Numbered from the stretch's first letter, positions 27,366 through 37,602 are shown. The stretch: 64,000 nucleotides of DNA from Anaerolineae bacterium (GCA_041082215.1 JBDOIF010000041.1:1-64000); one strand, 5' to 3'. Numbers and translations: made by a program. The notes: generated by a model from the letters alone, not told the origin.

Positions 27366-29606
27366 TCATCCCCTGCCTAACAGCCGCCCCAGGAGGGAGC
27401 CCTTCCGACTCAATTCGTCCAGTGCGGCGTCCAGCTCCCTGTTCAGGGCCTGCTTGTACCACGTGTGGCCAGCCACCGTGTCCAGCCGTTTCTGCAACGC
27501 TTGCAGAAGCGGCAAGGCCTGCGGGTCGCCCCAGACATGCAGGCAGGCGACAGCCAGCTGAAGCACCTGTGCGTCGTTCCCGGTGCGCACAACAGCCTCC
27601 ACCGGCGGCCACAGATGAACACGTGTCTGCTCGTCTAGAGGGAACTGTCGAGCAGCATAAAGGGCCTGGATACGGGTATTGGGTGCCTGGATGCCCTGAG
27701 CGATGACCTCCAGAAGCCAGGGCTGCCGCGTCTGCTGCCAGCTCTTCACCACAGATGTGCCTGCGTCACCGAATATGAGTGCGTCGCGTATGTCCGGCAA
27801 AGCTGCGCTGGCATCCAGATCGCACAGGGTGCGCACCAGTTGTCCGGCCAGGCGGTTATGGAGCAGGCTGCTCCCTGCAAACCGGCCCGGCTGTTTGGCC
27901 CGCAATAGCGCCCTGAACGTGCTGATGACGCGCTCGCGCTGCTCGTCCGTCAGGGTTGGGGCCAGTTGGCCGAGCGCGCGGGCGGCGTTGACCCGGCCCT
28001 CGGCGGAGCCCTTCTCAAGCAGGTCGAGCAGCGGATCGAGCGCCTCGGCGCCCAGACCTGTCACCTGTATGATAAGGGACTCGGGGGCCTCGCCGTCGGC
28101 CAGGTGGCTGAGCAGACGGGTCAACCTGTCCGTCCTGGCCCGGTAGGTATCGAGCACGGCCCGGGCCTGCGGTGCCTTGATCTTCATCAGTGCCCGCTCG
28201 AGAGCCGCATCCGCGCTTCGTTCTAAAGCCTGTCCAATCGCCTCAACCGCCGGCGCGCCGATGGCGACCAGGGCTTTCTCAATAGCCTCCCGACTCGCCC
28301 GGAGACGTGTCTCGTTCAGCATCTCCAGCAGGGCAGGCACTGCCGCCGGATCGCCGATACGTCCCAGCGCCTTAACCACCGGATCGCGCAGGTGGGGCAT
28401 CGGCTTCAGGCGCCGGGCGATATGAATCAGCGGCCACACGGCAGTGCTATCGGCCAGTTCTGCCAGCCCATCGGCGATCAGCGCAGTGCTGGCAGCCAAA
28501 GAGAACGAGTCCGTCTCGATCAGGCGGAGCCAGGTCGGCAGCGCGGCAGGGTGCGCCAGGTGTGTAACGAACGCGGCAGCGTGCTCGCGCGCCTTTTGAT
28601 TATGCCCTGCCTTAAGCTGCGCCAGGTAGTGATTCAGGAGCGGCTTTTCCGCACGGGTGTGCCGCAGCACGGCAGCGGCGTCGGTCAGGTGATTCCTGGA
28701 CAAAGCGTCCAATCGCTCGATGAGTGCACCGAGCGTCAGTTGCCTTTGCTCGAACAGAGCGACGGACGCCGGGAATCCCGCTACGGCTTTCTGTTCGGCG
28801 CGGTCGGCCAGTCGCTCAGCGGGCCAGAGTGCCGCCTGGGCATAGGCTTTCACCAGCTCGTCCTCGTCGGCCAGGGCGGCACTGAGCGGCTGCGCAGCCC
28901 TCAGCCGCCAGAGGAGCTTGGCCGCGGCGCGGCGGCGTTTCTTATCCTTGCCCGTGGCCTGCGCCAGCGCCTCAGCTACAAGCAGGGTGCTGCACTGGCC
29001 CATTCTCAGCAACGCCGCCTCGACCGGACGGGCCACGTCGCCATCGCCCAGCAGTCCGACCAGAGCGGTCAGCGCGCTGTCCGTGCCGATGCGCGCCAGC
29101 GTCTCGACCACAAGGAAGCGAATGCAACGCCCGCACTGCTCCTGCACGGCCAGCAGCCCTGGCACCGCTTCGTCGCCCAATTCGGCCAGACGACCGGCGG
29201 CGTAGGCGCGGACGAGTGGCTGGGCGGACTGGAGCGCGGCCAGCAGTCCCTCCAGGCGATCCAGGTCGCCTGGGGGGCGGGGAAGGAGGACGTTGGGAGC
29301 CTGGGGCAGGGCTACCACGTCCTGCGCGTCGTGCGGGTTGAGCACGGCGGGCTTCAGCAGCCGTGTGCGCACCAGGCCAATCCCGCTCCAGGCAGCGGCC
29401 CAGGCAGCAGCACGGGCGTGGTCATCCGGGGCGTCAACCACGGCCTGCAGGCGCTCCCCCAGTTTGCCCAGGCCGGCAGCGGTGAGATCGTCCGCAAGCG
29501 CAGTCAACTCGCTCAGCACCACACCGGCATTCGCCAGGCCGGAGACGGCGAGGGTAGCAAGCGTTGTTTCGGTTCGAGAAAGCAAGTCATGAATGGCCAC
29601 AGGCAC
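27366..29606 (-). CDS. HEAT-repeat (PBS lyase-like) protein
   Basis: Repeated LGDEAVPGLL, ALGRIGDPAAVPALL, ALVAIGAPAVEAI, RVNAARALGQL units; GTG start. Confidence 0.8.
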   Translation of the reverse strand: MPVAIHDLLSRTETTLATLAVSGLANAGVVLSELTALADDLTAAGLGKLGERLQAVVDAPDDHARAAAWAAAWSGIGLVRTRLLKPAVLNPHDAQDVVALPQAPNVLLPRPPGDLDRLEGLLAALQSAQPLVRAYAAGRLAELGDEAVPGLLAVQEQCGRCIRFLVVETLARIGTDSALTALVGLLGDGDVARPVEAALLRMGQCSTLLVAEALAQATGKDKKRRRAAAKLLWRLRAAQPLSAALADEDELVKAYAQAALWPAERLADRAEQKAVAGFPASVALFEQRQLTLGALIERLDALSRNHLTDAAAVLRHTRAEKPLLNHYLAQLKAGHNQKAREHAAAFVTHLAHPAALPTWLRLIETDSFSLAASTALIADGLAELADSTAVWPLIHIARRLKPMPHLRDPVVKALGRIGDPAAVPALLEMLNETRLRASREAIEKALVAIGAPAVEAIGQALERSADAALERALMKIKAPQARAVLDTYRARTDRLTRLLSHLADGEAPESLIIQVTGLGAEALDPLLDLLEKGSAEGRVNAARALGQLAPTLTDEQRERVISTFRALLRAKQPGRFAGSSLLHNRLAGQLVRTLCDLDASAALPDIRDALIFGDAGTSVVKSWQQTRQPWLLEVIAQGIQAPNTRIQALYAARQFPLDEQTRVHLWPPVEAVVRTGNDAQVLQLAVACLHVWGDPQALPLLQALQKRLDTVAGHTWYKQALNRELDAALDELSRKGSLLGRLLGRG

Positions 29607-29687
29607 CTTTCAGGGATTCAAATATCTGAAGTCCAAGACTCTGTCTTTGGCGGGCAAGTCCTCTTCTGGCTTGTCTCGATTTTGGCA

Positions 29688-31916
29688 TTACAAGACCTCC
29701 AACCCATCCCCTAACTCTGCGTCAATCGCTGCAATCTCCTCCGCCGTCACCTGAGGGACCACAGCGGTACGGGCCTGCCCGACGGGCAATTCCAGCAGGC
29801 GCGCGAGTGCTGCCAGAAGATAGTCCATCTCGGCCGGCGCCAGGTCGGCAAAGGCGCGGCGCAGGACAGGCAACACAGCGACGAAGCGCCCCGCTGGTAT
29901 CCTTTGCAGGTAGCCGTCGAACCAGGCGACGATCTTCGGATTGCGCAGCAATACAGCCCGGTTGAGGGCAAGCAGCCCTTCGAGAAATTGGGCGCCGGCC
30001 AGCGGCTCCTCGCCGGGCGAGAGACGGCGGCTCAGAAGCGCCGTCAGGTCCGATTCCGACAGCGCCCCACCGACAAAGAGCAGCGTGCAGGCCAGCCCCG
30101 CCAGTGTCGGATGCGCCCGGTCGCTTTCGGCGATCAGGTGCAGGCGAGAGGCCAGCAGCGCTGCGTCCAGCTCGGACGACTGGCGCGCCACGTCGTGCAG
30201 GGTGATAAGTGCATTGCGGGTAGGCGGCACGGCGTCGTCGGCAACAACGGCAGCCCCCGGCAACAGGAGGCTGGCGCGAACGTAGACCTTGGAGAGCAGG
30301 ACTTTGACGGCGTCCACGCCGACTGCCCGTGACGAACCGTACTTGACCAGCGACTGCAGGTTATAGGCAGCGCGCGCCAGCGACGGGAGATCATCGTCGG
30401 CGCTGGATGTATGCTCGCAGGCCGCCAGCCCCCCGGCATAGAGCGGTTCCAACCGGGTCAGGACGATGCGCAGGAGGGTTTCGGCAGCGTCGGCCACACG
30501 ACGGGCTTCGGTCAGCGCGCGGCGGAGGCGACGGGCGCATACCTCGGCCAGCGAGTTGCCCTGGACGCTGGCTTCGATCAGGCGGATGTCGGTCAGCGGC
30601 GTCCACTGCAGCATCCACTTCTCGCGCAGTTGCCCCAGCCAGCGGGCGGCATCGTCGGCGTCGGCTCCGGTTCCGCCGCGCCCAACCATCTGCACGGCCT
30701 GCACCTGCCCAAAGGGGATCTCGGCGACGACCAGTCGGTGCAGGAAGACCGATGTCTCTACATCGGCAGGTTGGGTGAGGTAGAGCCGGCATTCACGGGG
30801 CGAATCGGAACAGGGCAGGCCCAGGCGGGCGACCGTGTCGTAGAATTCCTGCTGGAGCGAGGTACGTTCTACCTGCGCCGAGATGGCCCCCACCGCCTCG
30901 CCGATCAGCAGCGGCCAGAGCACACTGCCCACTGACAGCGTGCCGCGCCCGTAACAGGCCTGCGCCGCATCGCGCACCTCGCACAGCCCTGGCACGGGTT
31001 TATCGCGCAGGGCGGCCAGCGTGCAGGCCAGCCAGTTAGCCTCGATGGCGTCGGCCAGGCTGACGGCATATCCGGTGCGATGGAGTGCATCGGCTGTGCG
31101 GATGAGCGCCTCCTGCGTGGCCCGGCCAAAGTCGCCGCTATGCTCCCAGACCATCTGGTAGTAGGCAGGGGCGCGGTTGCCAGCGCCGTAGCCCAGTTGT
31201 TCGGAAAGACGGGGGTAGGAGTAGGGTATAAGCGTCAGTCTGGCGGAACGCGCCCTGATTTCGGGGTATCGGGCATCGGGATCGGGCGATCCCAGGGCCG
31301 GGGCATGGGCTGCGCCACAGACGATCAGCATATCGGCGGGATCGTACCCTTCGGTCAGGGCGCGGGCGATCTCGGCCCGCATCCAGGCTTCGCGCCCGGC
31401 GTTGTGAGCGCCCACGCCGTACTCGCGCACCAGAGCGCCCAGCTCAAGCATCGCTTCTGAGAAGTCACCACCGAACATCTCAAAGCGGCACTCCCAGAAC
31501 TCCTCGTAATCATCAAAGCCCAGGCGGGCAGCGATAGCCTGCCACACCTCGGACAAAGCTTCCCCCGTTTCTCCGGCCGTTCGCCGCTCCTCCAGGAATG
31601 CGCCGGCTGGCAGATCGCAGAAGCGCAGTTCAGCTCCCACCTCGCGGCCCACCTGAAGCGCGACGTATTCGGGAGAATAGGCGCAGAGGGGCCAGGTGAC
31701 AGATCGGGGTTCCTCGTCCTCGGCCAGCGCCTCGGCGGGCAGGTAGGCCAGGATCGCCATCGGCGGGCGTGTATCGGGCGCCAGGAGGTGGGGGATGAGC
31801 TGTGTCGCGTCACAGGGGCCTTCGATCAGCACCAGCCGGGGACGGGCAGTGCGTATGCACCTGGCCAGATTTCGCGCGCTTGCAGGAGAGTGGTGACGGA
31901 TGGGAAAGACGATCAC
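29688..31916 (-). CDS. DUF5682 / YehM-like protein
   Basis: PIRHHSPASA, LIEGP, YSPEYVAL, REAWM, VCGAAH, YSYPRLS..GYGAGNRAPAYY, LPVLRRAF. Confidence 0.8.
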   Translation of the reverse strand: MIVFPIRHHSPASARNLARCIRTARPRLVLIEGPCDATQLIPHLLAPDTRPPMAILAYLPAEALAEDEEPRSVTWPLCAYSPEYVALQVGREVGAELRFCDLPAGAFLEERRTAGETGEALSEVWQAIAARLGFDDYEEFWECRFEMFGGDFSEAMLELGALVREYGVGAHNAGREAWMRAEIARALTEGYDPADMLIVCGAAHAPALGSPDPDARYPEIRARSARLTLIPYSYPRLSEQLGYGAGNRAPAYYQMVWEHSGDFGRATQEALIRTADALHRTGYAVSLADAIEANWLACTLAALRDKPVPGLCEVRDAAQACYGRGTLSVGSVLWPLLIGEAVGAISAQVERTSLQQEFYDTVARLGLPCSDSPRECRLYLTQPADVETSVFLHRLVVAEIPFGQVQAVQMVGRGGTGADADDAARWLGQLREKWMLQWTPLTDIRLIEASVQGNSLAEVCARRLRRALTEARRVADAAETLLRIVLTRLEPLYAGGLAACEHTSSADDDLPSLARAAYNLQSLVKYGSSRAVGVDAVKVLLSKVYVRASLLLPGAAVVADDAVPPTRNALITLHDVARQSSELDAALLASRLHLIAESDRAHPTLAGLACTLLFVGGALSESDLTALLSRRLSPGEEPLAGAQFLEGLLALNRAVLLRNPKIVAWFDGYLQRIPAGRFVAVLPVLRRAFADLAPAEMDYLLAALARLLELPVGQARTAVVPQVTAEEIAAIDAELGDGLEVL

Positions 31917-33025
31917 AACAGTCCCTTACCAGCCTGATAAAACGCCTGCCACTCGCTCTCCTTGCGAGGCCGGGCGACATTCTCCAGATACTCTTCCAGG
32001 CAGGTTATGTCACGGGCATCCTCTTTCGCCACAGCCCCCACCATCGAGCGCGCTATCTCTTCCACGCCGACTCTGCCATCGCCGAAGTGCTGGGCCAGGA
32101 TACAGCCGTTCAACAGGACCGAAATCGCTTCCGCCGTGCTCATCACCGTCGAGGGGGATTTGACCCTGGTCTGACCGTCGAGCGTCAGGCCGGCACGCAT
32201 CTCCCGGAATACCGTAACCAGCAACCTGAGCAGGTCGGCAGGCACCTCAGCCTGAATCCGGTAATCGGCCATCAGTTCCCGCGTGCGGGTCTCGACGATG
32301 GCCATCTCCTGCTCCAGCGTATCCACAACGGGCAACGTGACGAAGTTGAAGCGGCGCTTGAGCGCGCTGGACATTTCGTTGATGCCCCGGTCACGGGTGT
32401 TGGCCGTGGCGATCAGGTTGAAGCCGCGTCGCGCAGACACGACCTGGCCCAACTCGGGGATGACAATCTCTTTTTCCGAGAGGATGGAAAGCAAAGTATC
32501 CTGCACTTCGGAAGCGCAGCGGGTGATCTCTTCGAAACGCGCAATCTGCCCCTGGCGCATCGCCCGCAACAGAGGGCTGGGCACAAGGGCACGCTCGCTG
32601 GGGCCTTCCGAGATCAGCAGCGCGTAGTTCCACGAATACCTGATCTGGTCCTCAGTGGTGCCTGCCGTGCCCTGGATGATGAGGCGGCTCGTGCCGCAAA
32701 TGGCCGCCGCAAGATGCTCGCTGACCCAGCTCTTGGCCGTGCCCGGTTCGCCGATAAGCAAGAGCGCCCGCTCCGAAGCCAGTGTAGCGATGGCGACCTG
32801 GATCAGCCGCCGGTCACCCAGGTATTTGGGGCGGATAGGGATCTTCTGACCGTCGGGTGTGGAAAAGGTCTCCTTGCCGGAGCCCATCAGAAAGACCTCA
32901 ACCCGCCTGGGTGAGAGGGCCCAGCCAGGCGGGCGGGGATAAGGGTCATCGTGCTGGAGCGCGGCCAGTTCCTGCGCATACCGCTCTTCAGCAGGCTGGC
33001 GGATGATCGTTATCGTATCAGACAT
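31913..33025 (-). CDS. MoxR-type AAA+ ATPase (YehL-like)
   Basis: Start ATG 33025 (MSDTIT); Walker A GEPGTAKS, variant Walker B RFEEITR, ATANTRDRG, SALKRRF. Confidence 0.9.
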   Translation of the reverse strand: MSDTITIIRQPAEERYAQELAALQHDDPYPRPPGWALSPRRVEVFLMGSGKETFSTPDGQKIPIRPKYLGDRRLIQVAIATLASERALLLIGEPGTAKSWVSEHLAAAICGTSRLIIQGTAGTTEDQIRYSWNYALLISEGPSERALVPSPLLRAMRQGQIARFEEITRCASEVQDTLLSILSEKEIVIPELGQVVSARRGFNLIATANTRDRGINEMSSALKRRFNFVTLPVVDTLEQEMAIVETRTRELMADYRIQAEVPADLLRLLVTVFREMRAGLTLDGQTRVKSPSTVMSTAEAISVLLNGCILAQHFGDGRVGVEEIARSMVGAVAKEDARDITCLEEYLENVARPRKESEWQAFYQAGKGLL

Positions 33026-33050
33026 AGGAAACTCACCCCGTAACGGCTTC

Positions 33051-33422
33051 TCAATCCTCTGCTTCTCCGTCCCCATCGGAGGTCTCGATGTAGTCCAGCG
33101 CGAACCGGATGTCGCTCGGAATGCGCACCGCTGTGTGCCCACAACTCGGACAGGTCGCGTCTTCTTCGCTGCTCTCAAAGCGCAGTCCGCAGCAGTTCCA
33201 GCAGATGAACCGCTCAGGCCCTGCACGAACGACAACCTGCGCGTCCTCTGCCGGGGTGCCCGTGCTCAGTTCCTGCAGTATCCCCCGCAACCTCGCTTCC
33301 GTCTCCTGCGACAGGCCATATACGACAAAATGCAGCGCGGTAATCCGGCCAGCACCGCGCGAGCGGGCTTCGGCCAGCGCCTGGTTGAACAATGCCCGCA
33401 CCTTTTCGCGTTCAGAAACCAT
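33051..33422 (-). CDS. HypA/HybF-like zinc-ribbon protein (atypical)
   Basis: Start ATG 33422; GAGRITALH, GTPAEDA, CWNC...CPSCG; lacks the N-terminal MHE. Confidence 0.65.
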   Translation of the reverse strand: MVSEREKVRALFNQALAEARSRGAGRITALHFVVYGLSQETEARLRGILQELSTGTPAEDAQVVVRAGPERFICWNCCGLRFESSEEDATCPSCGHTAVRIPSDIRFALDYIETSDGDGEAED

Positions 33423-33442
33423 TTGTCCTTCCCCAAATTGCC

Positions 33443-35269
33443 CTACCGCCGAAGCACCACGGGGAGATACACCCCCCACCCCGCCTCCGACCGGTCGGTC
33501 ACACGGGCCACCGCAGAAAGATCGGCCCGCGAGGTGGCGGTCACCACGGAGACGTCCACCACCCGCCCCGAACCCACCGGCGCGGTGACGCTGAAGTAGA
33601 CCGTGGCCGTCGCCAGCCCGGGCACCGTCACCTGCACCGGATGAAGCCAGTGTTTCCACCCGCTTCCCTCCACCACCGTATAGGTCAGATCGAAGGTGTC
33701 GGTGAGGATGCAGAGGTTGGTAAGGGTATGGGTGTACACCGTACTGCCGCCAGCCTCCTCGATGTGGCGATTGTAGTCCGGCTGAAGGCGGACTCCTCGA
33801 GGGGGCATCTTCAGGAGATAGACCGCCCCTCTCTCCTCACCGGTGAACGGAGCACCAAGCGCCAGCCCGTCGTAGGGCAGGTCCAGGAAATCCCCCAGCG
33901 CCAGCGCCATCCCCATCCGCCCCCGCTCGGCCGGCCCTTCCAGCACCACACCGGCATCGGCGTAGAGGTTCCCCGTTGTGGTGATCCGGGAGCCGTAGAG
34001 GATATAGGCCCGCCCGTTGTGCAGACGTGCCCCAAGGGTGGACATTCGCGCCCCTACCACCAGGTCCGCCCGGCCATCCCCGTCCAGATTCCCCGTTCCC
34101 AGCGAGTAGCCGCTCTGCTCGCCGGGGGCGCCGCTGGCCAGGACCACGTCGGCGGCGCTGGCCGGCAGGGAACCACTCAGGCCGCTTCTCCCGTAGAAGA
34201 GATAGACGGTGCTGAAGCCTTCCCCGGCCTGCCCGTCTCCCGTGGCCCCGATGACCAGGTCTGCCACACCGTTCCCGTTCACATCTCCCGCCGCCACCAT
34301 CCGCCCCAGCCAGTCCTTGACCCACATCCCTGTGATCCGGAGGTCTGCCTGGGCGACGGTCCGAGAGCCGGTGAGGCTCCCGCTTCCAAAGAAGACAGCC
34401 ACTTCCCCTTTATGGGGGCTGGCGAAGGGATCGTCGAAGGGGGCGCCGATGATCAGGTCCTCATACGTTCCATCCCCGCTCACATCGGCAATCGCCACGG
34501 AGGTGCCGACGGCAGCGTATGCCTCCTGCCCGCTCACCGTCAGATCGGCGTCGGCGGCCGATACCCCGCCCGTCAGCGTCCCCTGGCTGCTGAGAAAGAC
34601 GTATACCTGTCCCGTCCGTGTGACGGCCGGCCCGGTGGAGAAAGCAGGCGCGCCGACGGCCAGGTCGTGTTTCCCATCCCCATCCAGATCGCCCGTCGCC
34701 AGCGCATACCCGGCCCACGCTCCCGCCTGCGTTCCGGAGACGACCACATTGGCCTGGGAAAGGGAGAGGGAAGTGGGAAAAGAGCTGCGGCCGTAGACCA
34801 CATAGGCCCGGCCGTATTCTCCAGGCGCGACCTCGGCTGGCGCACCGATGACCAGATCGGCTATGCCATCGTCGTTCAGGTCCCCCACTGCCAGGGCCGA
34901 ACCGGCCCTGCCCCATGCCCGATCCCCCGACATGGTCAGGTTGGCCTGAGAGAGGGGAAGGACGCCGATCAGCGAGGGAGGATTGAAGAAGACGTAGATT
35001 CGGCCCGCCTGGGTGAGGACTGCGCCGGGAGACTCATCCGGCGCGCCGACGATCAGATCGGCCTGACCGTCGTCGTTCAGGTCCCCCACCGCCAGGGCCC
35101 AACCGGCGTGTCCCCCCTCCTCCACCCCATTCAGCCGGGCCAGGGGAGGACGCGCGGCCAGGTCCACGACCAGGATGGCGGCGTGGATCGTCACTGTCAC
35201 CGTCAGGGACAGCCCCGTTCCGAGAAGCACAGCCAGCAACAGGCGAAGAGTGCTTGCCCGTTTTCCCAT
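33443..35269 (-). CDS. Secreted FG-GAP / integrin-alpha beta-propeller repeat protein
   Basis: Signal peptide; about 7 repeats of GDLNDDG.ADL.IGAP; C-terminal VYLPVVLRR motif. Confidence 0.88.
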   Translation of the reverse strand: MGKRASTLRLLLAVLLGTGLSLTVTVTIHAAILVVDLAARPPLARLNGVEEGGHAGWALAVGDLNDDGQADLIVGAPDESPGAVLTQAGRIYVFFNPPSLIGVLPLSQANLTMSGDRAWGRAGSALAVGDLNDDGIADLVIGAPAEVAPGEYGRAYVVYGRSSFPTSLSLSQANVVVSGTQAGAWAGYALATGDLDGDGKHDLAVGAPAFSTGPAVTRTGQVYVFLSSQGTLTGGVSAADADLTVSGQEAYAAVGTSVAIADVSGDGTYEDLIIGAPFDDPFASPHKGEVAVFFGSGSLTGSRTVAQADLRITGMWVKDWLGRMVAAGDVNGNGVADLVIGATGDGQAGEGFSTVYLFYGRSGLSGSLPASAADVVLASGAPGEQSGYSLGTGNLDGDGRADLVVGARMSTLGARLHNGRAYILYGSRITTTGNLYADAGVVLEGPAERGRMGMALALGDFLDLPYDGLALGAPFTGEERGAVYLLKMPPRGVRLQPDYNRHIEEAGGSTVYTHTLTNLCILTDTFDLTYTVVEGSGWKHWLHPVQVTVPGLATATVYFSVTAPVGSGRVVDVSVVTATSRADLSAVARVTDRSEAGWGVYLPVVLRR

Positions 35270-35281
35270 CCCCGCTCTCCC

Positions 35282-36139
35282 TTATGGAGCCACGACGGTG
35301 ATGGCAGTCGGAAGCAGGATATAATCCCCACCTCCCTCCACCGGCACCCGCGCCATCGTCGTCGGGTCGTAGAGACCGACGGCGATCCGGGCAGGGCCGG
35401 CGTATCCGGCCTCGTAAAAGACCAGCTCATGGTAGTCCACGATGGTCTCTCCCGGGACCCACCCGGAGGTTGGCCGTGTGCCGCTTGCTGGAACTCCATC
35501 GTGCTGGCCGATAAGCCGGTCAAACTCGGGGGGGAGGAGGTGGGTGAAGACCCAGTAACTGGAGACGTTCGCCCCTTCCAGCGCCTGCCAGTAGAGGGTC
35601 AGCCCCAGCGTCTGATCCGTGCGCACTTCGGTGGCCGAAAGGTCATACCCCACCAGCACAGCCACATTTCCCAGCCGCATCCCTACGGGGTGGGCCGGCA
35701 TGGGGCCAGCGGGGGTTGTTGGCGTGGGGGAAGGCGAAGCGGCAGGCTCCGGCGAGACGGGCGGCGGCGGAGGGACGGTCACCGTGACCGTCGGCAGCGT
35801 CCCCATCAGGGGGGTTGAGGTGGGAGAGGGAAGAGGTGTGGGGGTATCCAGGCCAGCCACCGGTGCCGGAGTCGGCTCTGCTCCCCCCTCGGGCAGGACG
35901 CGGGGGAGAAGATAGACCTGCCCCATAAAGAAGATAGCTCCCACCGCGATAAAACCGACGGCGACCCTCCACCGACGGCCGACCTGGGCGGCTATCGTCT
36001 CCCGTTCGAAGGCGGTGAGGCTGCAGCCGAGCTGTCGCCGAAGCGCCAGCGCACGGATAATGGAGACAAACGCCCCCAGCCCGCAGGCAGCGTAGAGCAC
36101 CCATGCGAAGTCGGCGAGAGTGGAAAGGAAGACCTTCAT
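35282..36139 (-). CDS. Hypothetical membrane protein (2 TM, Pro/Thr linker, C-terminal beta-rich domain)
   Basis: TM helices; PTPxP linker; LTLYWQAL...VFTHLL...WVPGETIVD...VGLYDP. Confidence 0.7.
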   Translation of the reverse strand: MKVFLSTLADFAWVLYAACGLGAFVSIIRALALRRQLGCSLTAFERETIAAQVGRRWRVAVGFIAVGAIFFMGQVYLLPRVLPEGGAEPTPAPVAGLDTPTPLPSPTSTPLMGTLPTVTVTVPPPPPVSPEPAASPSPTPTTPAGPMPAHPVGMRLGNVAVLVGYDLSATEVRTDQTLGLTLYWQALEGANVSSYWVFTHLLPPEFDRLIGQHDGVPASGTRPTSGWVPGETIVDYHELVFYEAGYAGPARIAVGLYDPTTMARVPVEGGGDYILLPTAITVVAP

Positions 36140-36975
36140 AGCTGCTTCAGCACCCCCCGGATAATCGTCTCCAGGCGTGGAGCCAGGAGCCGCCCTGTCT
36201 CCAGCACCTCCTTGTGCGTTGTCTCCCCCCCTCCATCGGTGACAGCCACATTGCTGATGCCGGAAAGGCCCAGCACCCGCATTCCTCCATGCCGGGCCAC
36301 CGTCACCTCCGGCACAGTGGACATGCCGACCGCGTCGGCGCCGATGATCCGCAGAAACCGGATGTCGGCGGGGGTCTCAAAGCTGGGGCCAGCCAGGCAG
36401 ATGTAGACTCCCTCGTGGCAGGGGATCCCTTCCTGCCCGGCGACAGCCCGCGCCATAGCCCGCAGGTCGGGGTCGTAGGCCCTCGACATGTCGGGGAAAC
36501 GGGGGCCGAACCGATCCAGATTGGGGCCCCGCAGCGGGTTCAGCCCTGCCATCCCCACCAGGTTGATGTGGTCCCGGATCACCATCACGTCGCCGGGATG
36601 GAAGGCGGGGTTCAGCCCGCCGGCCGCGTTGGTGACGATCAGCACCTCCACTCCCAGGAGCTGCATCGCCCGCACCGGCAGGGTCACCTCGGCCATTGAG
36701 TAGCCCTCGTAGTAGTGGGCCCGCCCCTGCATCACCATCACGCCCTGTCCCTCCAGGCGGCCGATCACCAGCCGGCCCACGTGGCCCTCCACCGTAGCCT
36801 GCGGAAAATGGGGGATCTCCGCGTAGGGCACGACCGTCTCCGCCTGCACTGCCTCGGCCACAGCGTTCAGCCCGGAACCCAGGATCAGCCCAACCCTGGG
36901 CTGAATCGTCAGACGGCGGCGGACCGCCTCCGCCGCCTCTTCGATGACCGTCAGAGTGATCCCTGTGTCGCTCAT
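36136..36975 (-). CDS. punA: Purine-nucleoside phosphorylase (trimeric type)
   Basis: LILGSGL, GRAHYYEG, TNAAGG, GPSFETPA, GADAVGMSTVPE. Confidence 0.95.
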   Translation of the reverse strand: MSDTGITLTVIEEAAEAVRRRLTIQPRVGLILGSGLNAVAEAVQAETVVPYAEIPHFPQATVEGHVGRLVIGRLEGQGVMVMQGRAHYYEGYSMAEVTLPVRAMQLLGVEVLIVTNAAGGLNPAFHPGDVMVIRDHINLVGMAGLNPLRGPNLDRFGPRFPDMSRAYDPDLRAMARAVAGQEGIPCHEGVYICLAGPSFETPADIRFLRIIGADAVGMSTVPEVTVARHGGMRVLGLSGISNVAVTDGGGETTHKEVLETGRLLAPRLETIIRGVLKQL

Positions 36976-37583
36976 AGGCGATCCAGAAGCTCTTTTTTCT
37001 CCCGCTCGAACTCTTCTGCTGTGATAGCACCCTGCCGACGGAGCTCGTCCAGGCGTGCCAGCAACTCCGGGACCCTATCGGGGGCTACTCCTTCCCCCAT
37101 ATACCCACTCATATGGGCCTTCTGATCCAGCATTGAGGTCTTAAAATGGATGGGATGAGCAATACGCCGGAAAATGTTGACCCCGATGTCGGAGCCGGTG
37201 ATGATCCGCACATCTCCGTAGTCCAGCAGACGGCCCAGCGCGGATTGCTCCATCACTACGTCGTTGACCTTTTCCAGTGAGGAGTCGGAGACATATTTTC
37301 TGTAAATGCCCCGGACCTCCATCACTCGCCGGTTGGTGACGATATACTGCTCGCTACGCCATACGGTGAAGCGGATAAAGAAGTGGCCCAGCGGGACAAG
37401 CAGGAACAGGAGGCCGAACAGGGTGTAGGGAGGGGAGAAGATGAACCCCAAAATGGAGAAAGCGACGATGACGATGACCAGGCCTGCGTCAATCAGGATC
37501 GCAGGCAGTAAGCTCAGCCAGTGTCGCCGTGTGACGAACACGATGCGTTCACCCTTCGCCAGAAGCTTTTCTACATAACTCAT
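36972..37583 (-). CDS. Membrane protein with bacterial PH domain and C-terminal SHOCT
   Basis: 2 TM; YIVTNRRV, LGRLLDYGDV; LDELRRQGAITAEEFEREKKELL. Confidence 0.8.
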   Translation of the reverse strand: MSYVEKLLAKGERIVFVTRRHWLSLLPAILIDAGLVIVIVAFSILGFIFSPPYTLFGLLFLLVPLGHFFIRFTVWRSEQYIVTNRRVMEVRGIYRKYVSDSSLEKVNDVVMEQSALGRLLDYGDVRIITGSDIGVNIFRRIAHPIHFKTSMLDQKAHMSGYMGEGVAPDRVPELLARLDELRRQGAITAEEFEREKKELLDRL

Positions 37584-37602
37584 TCAGATCCTCCTGTCCT
37601 GC

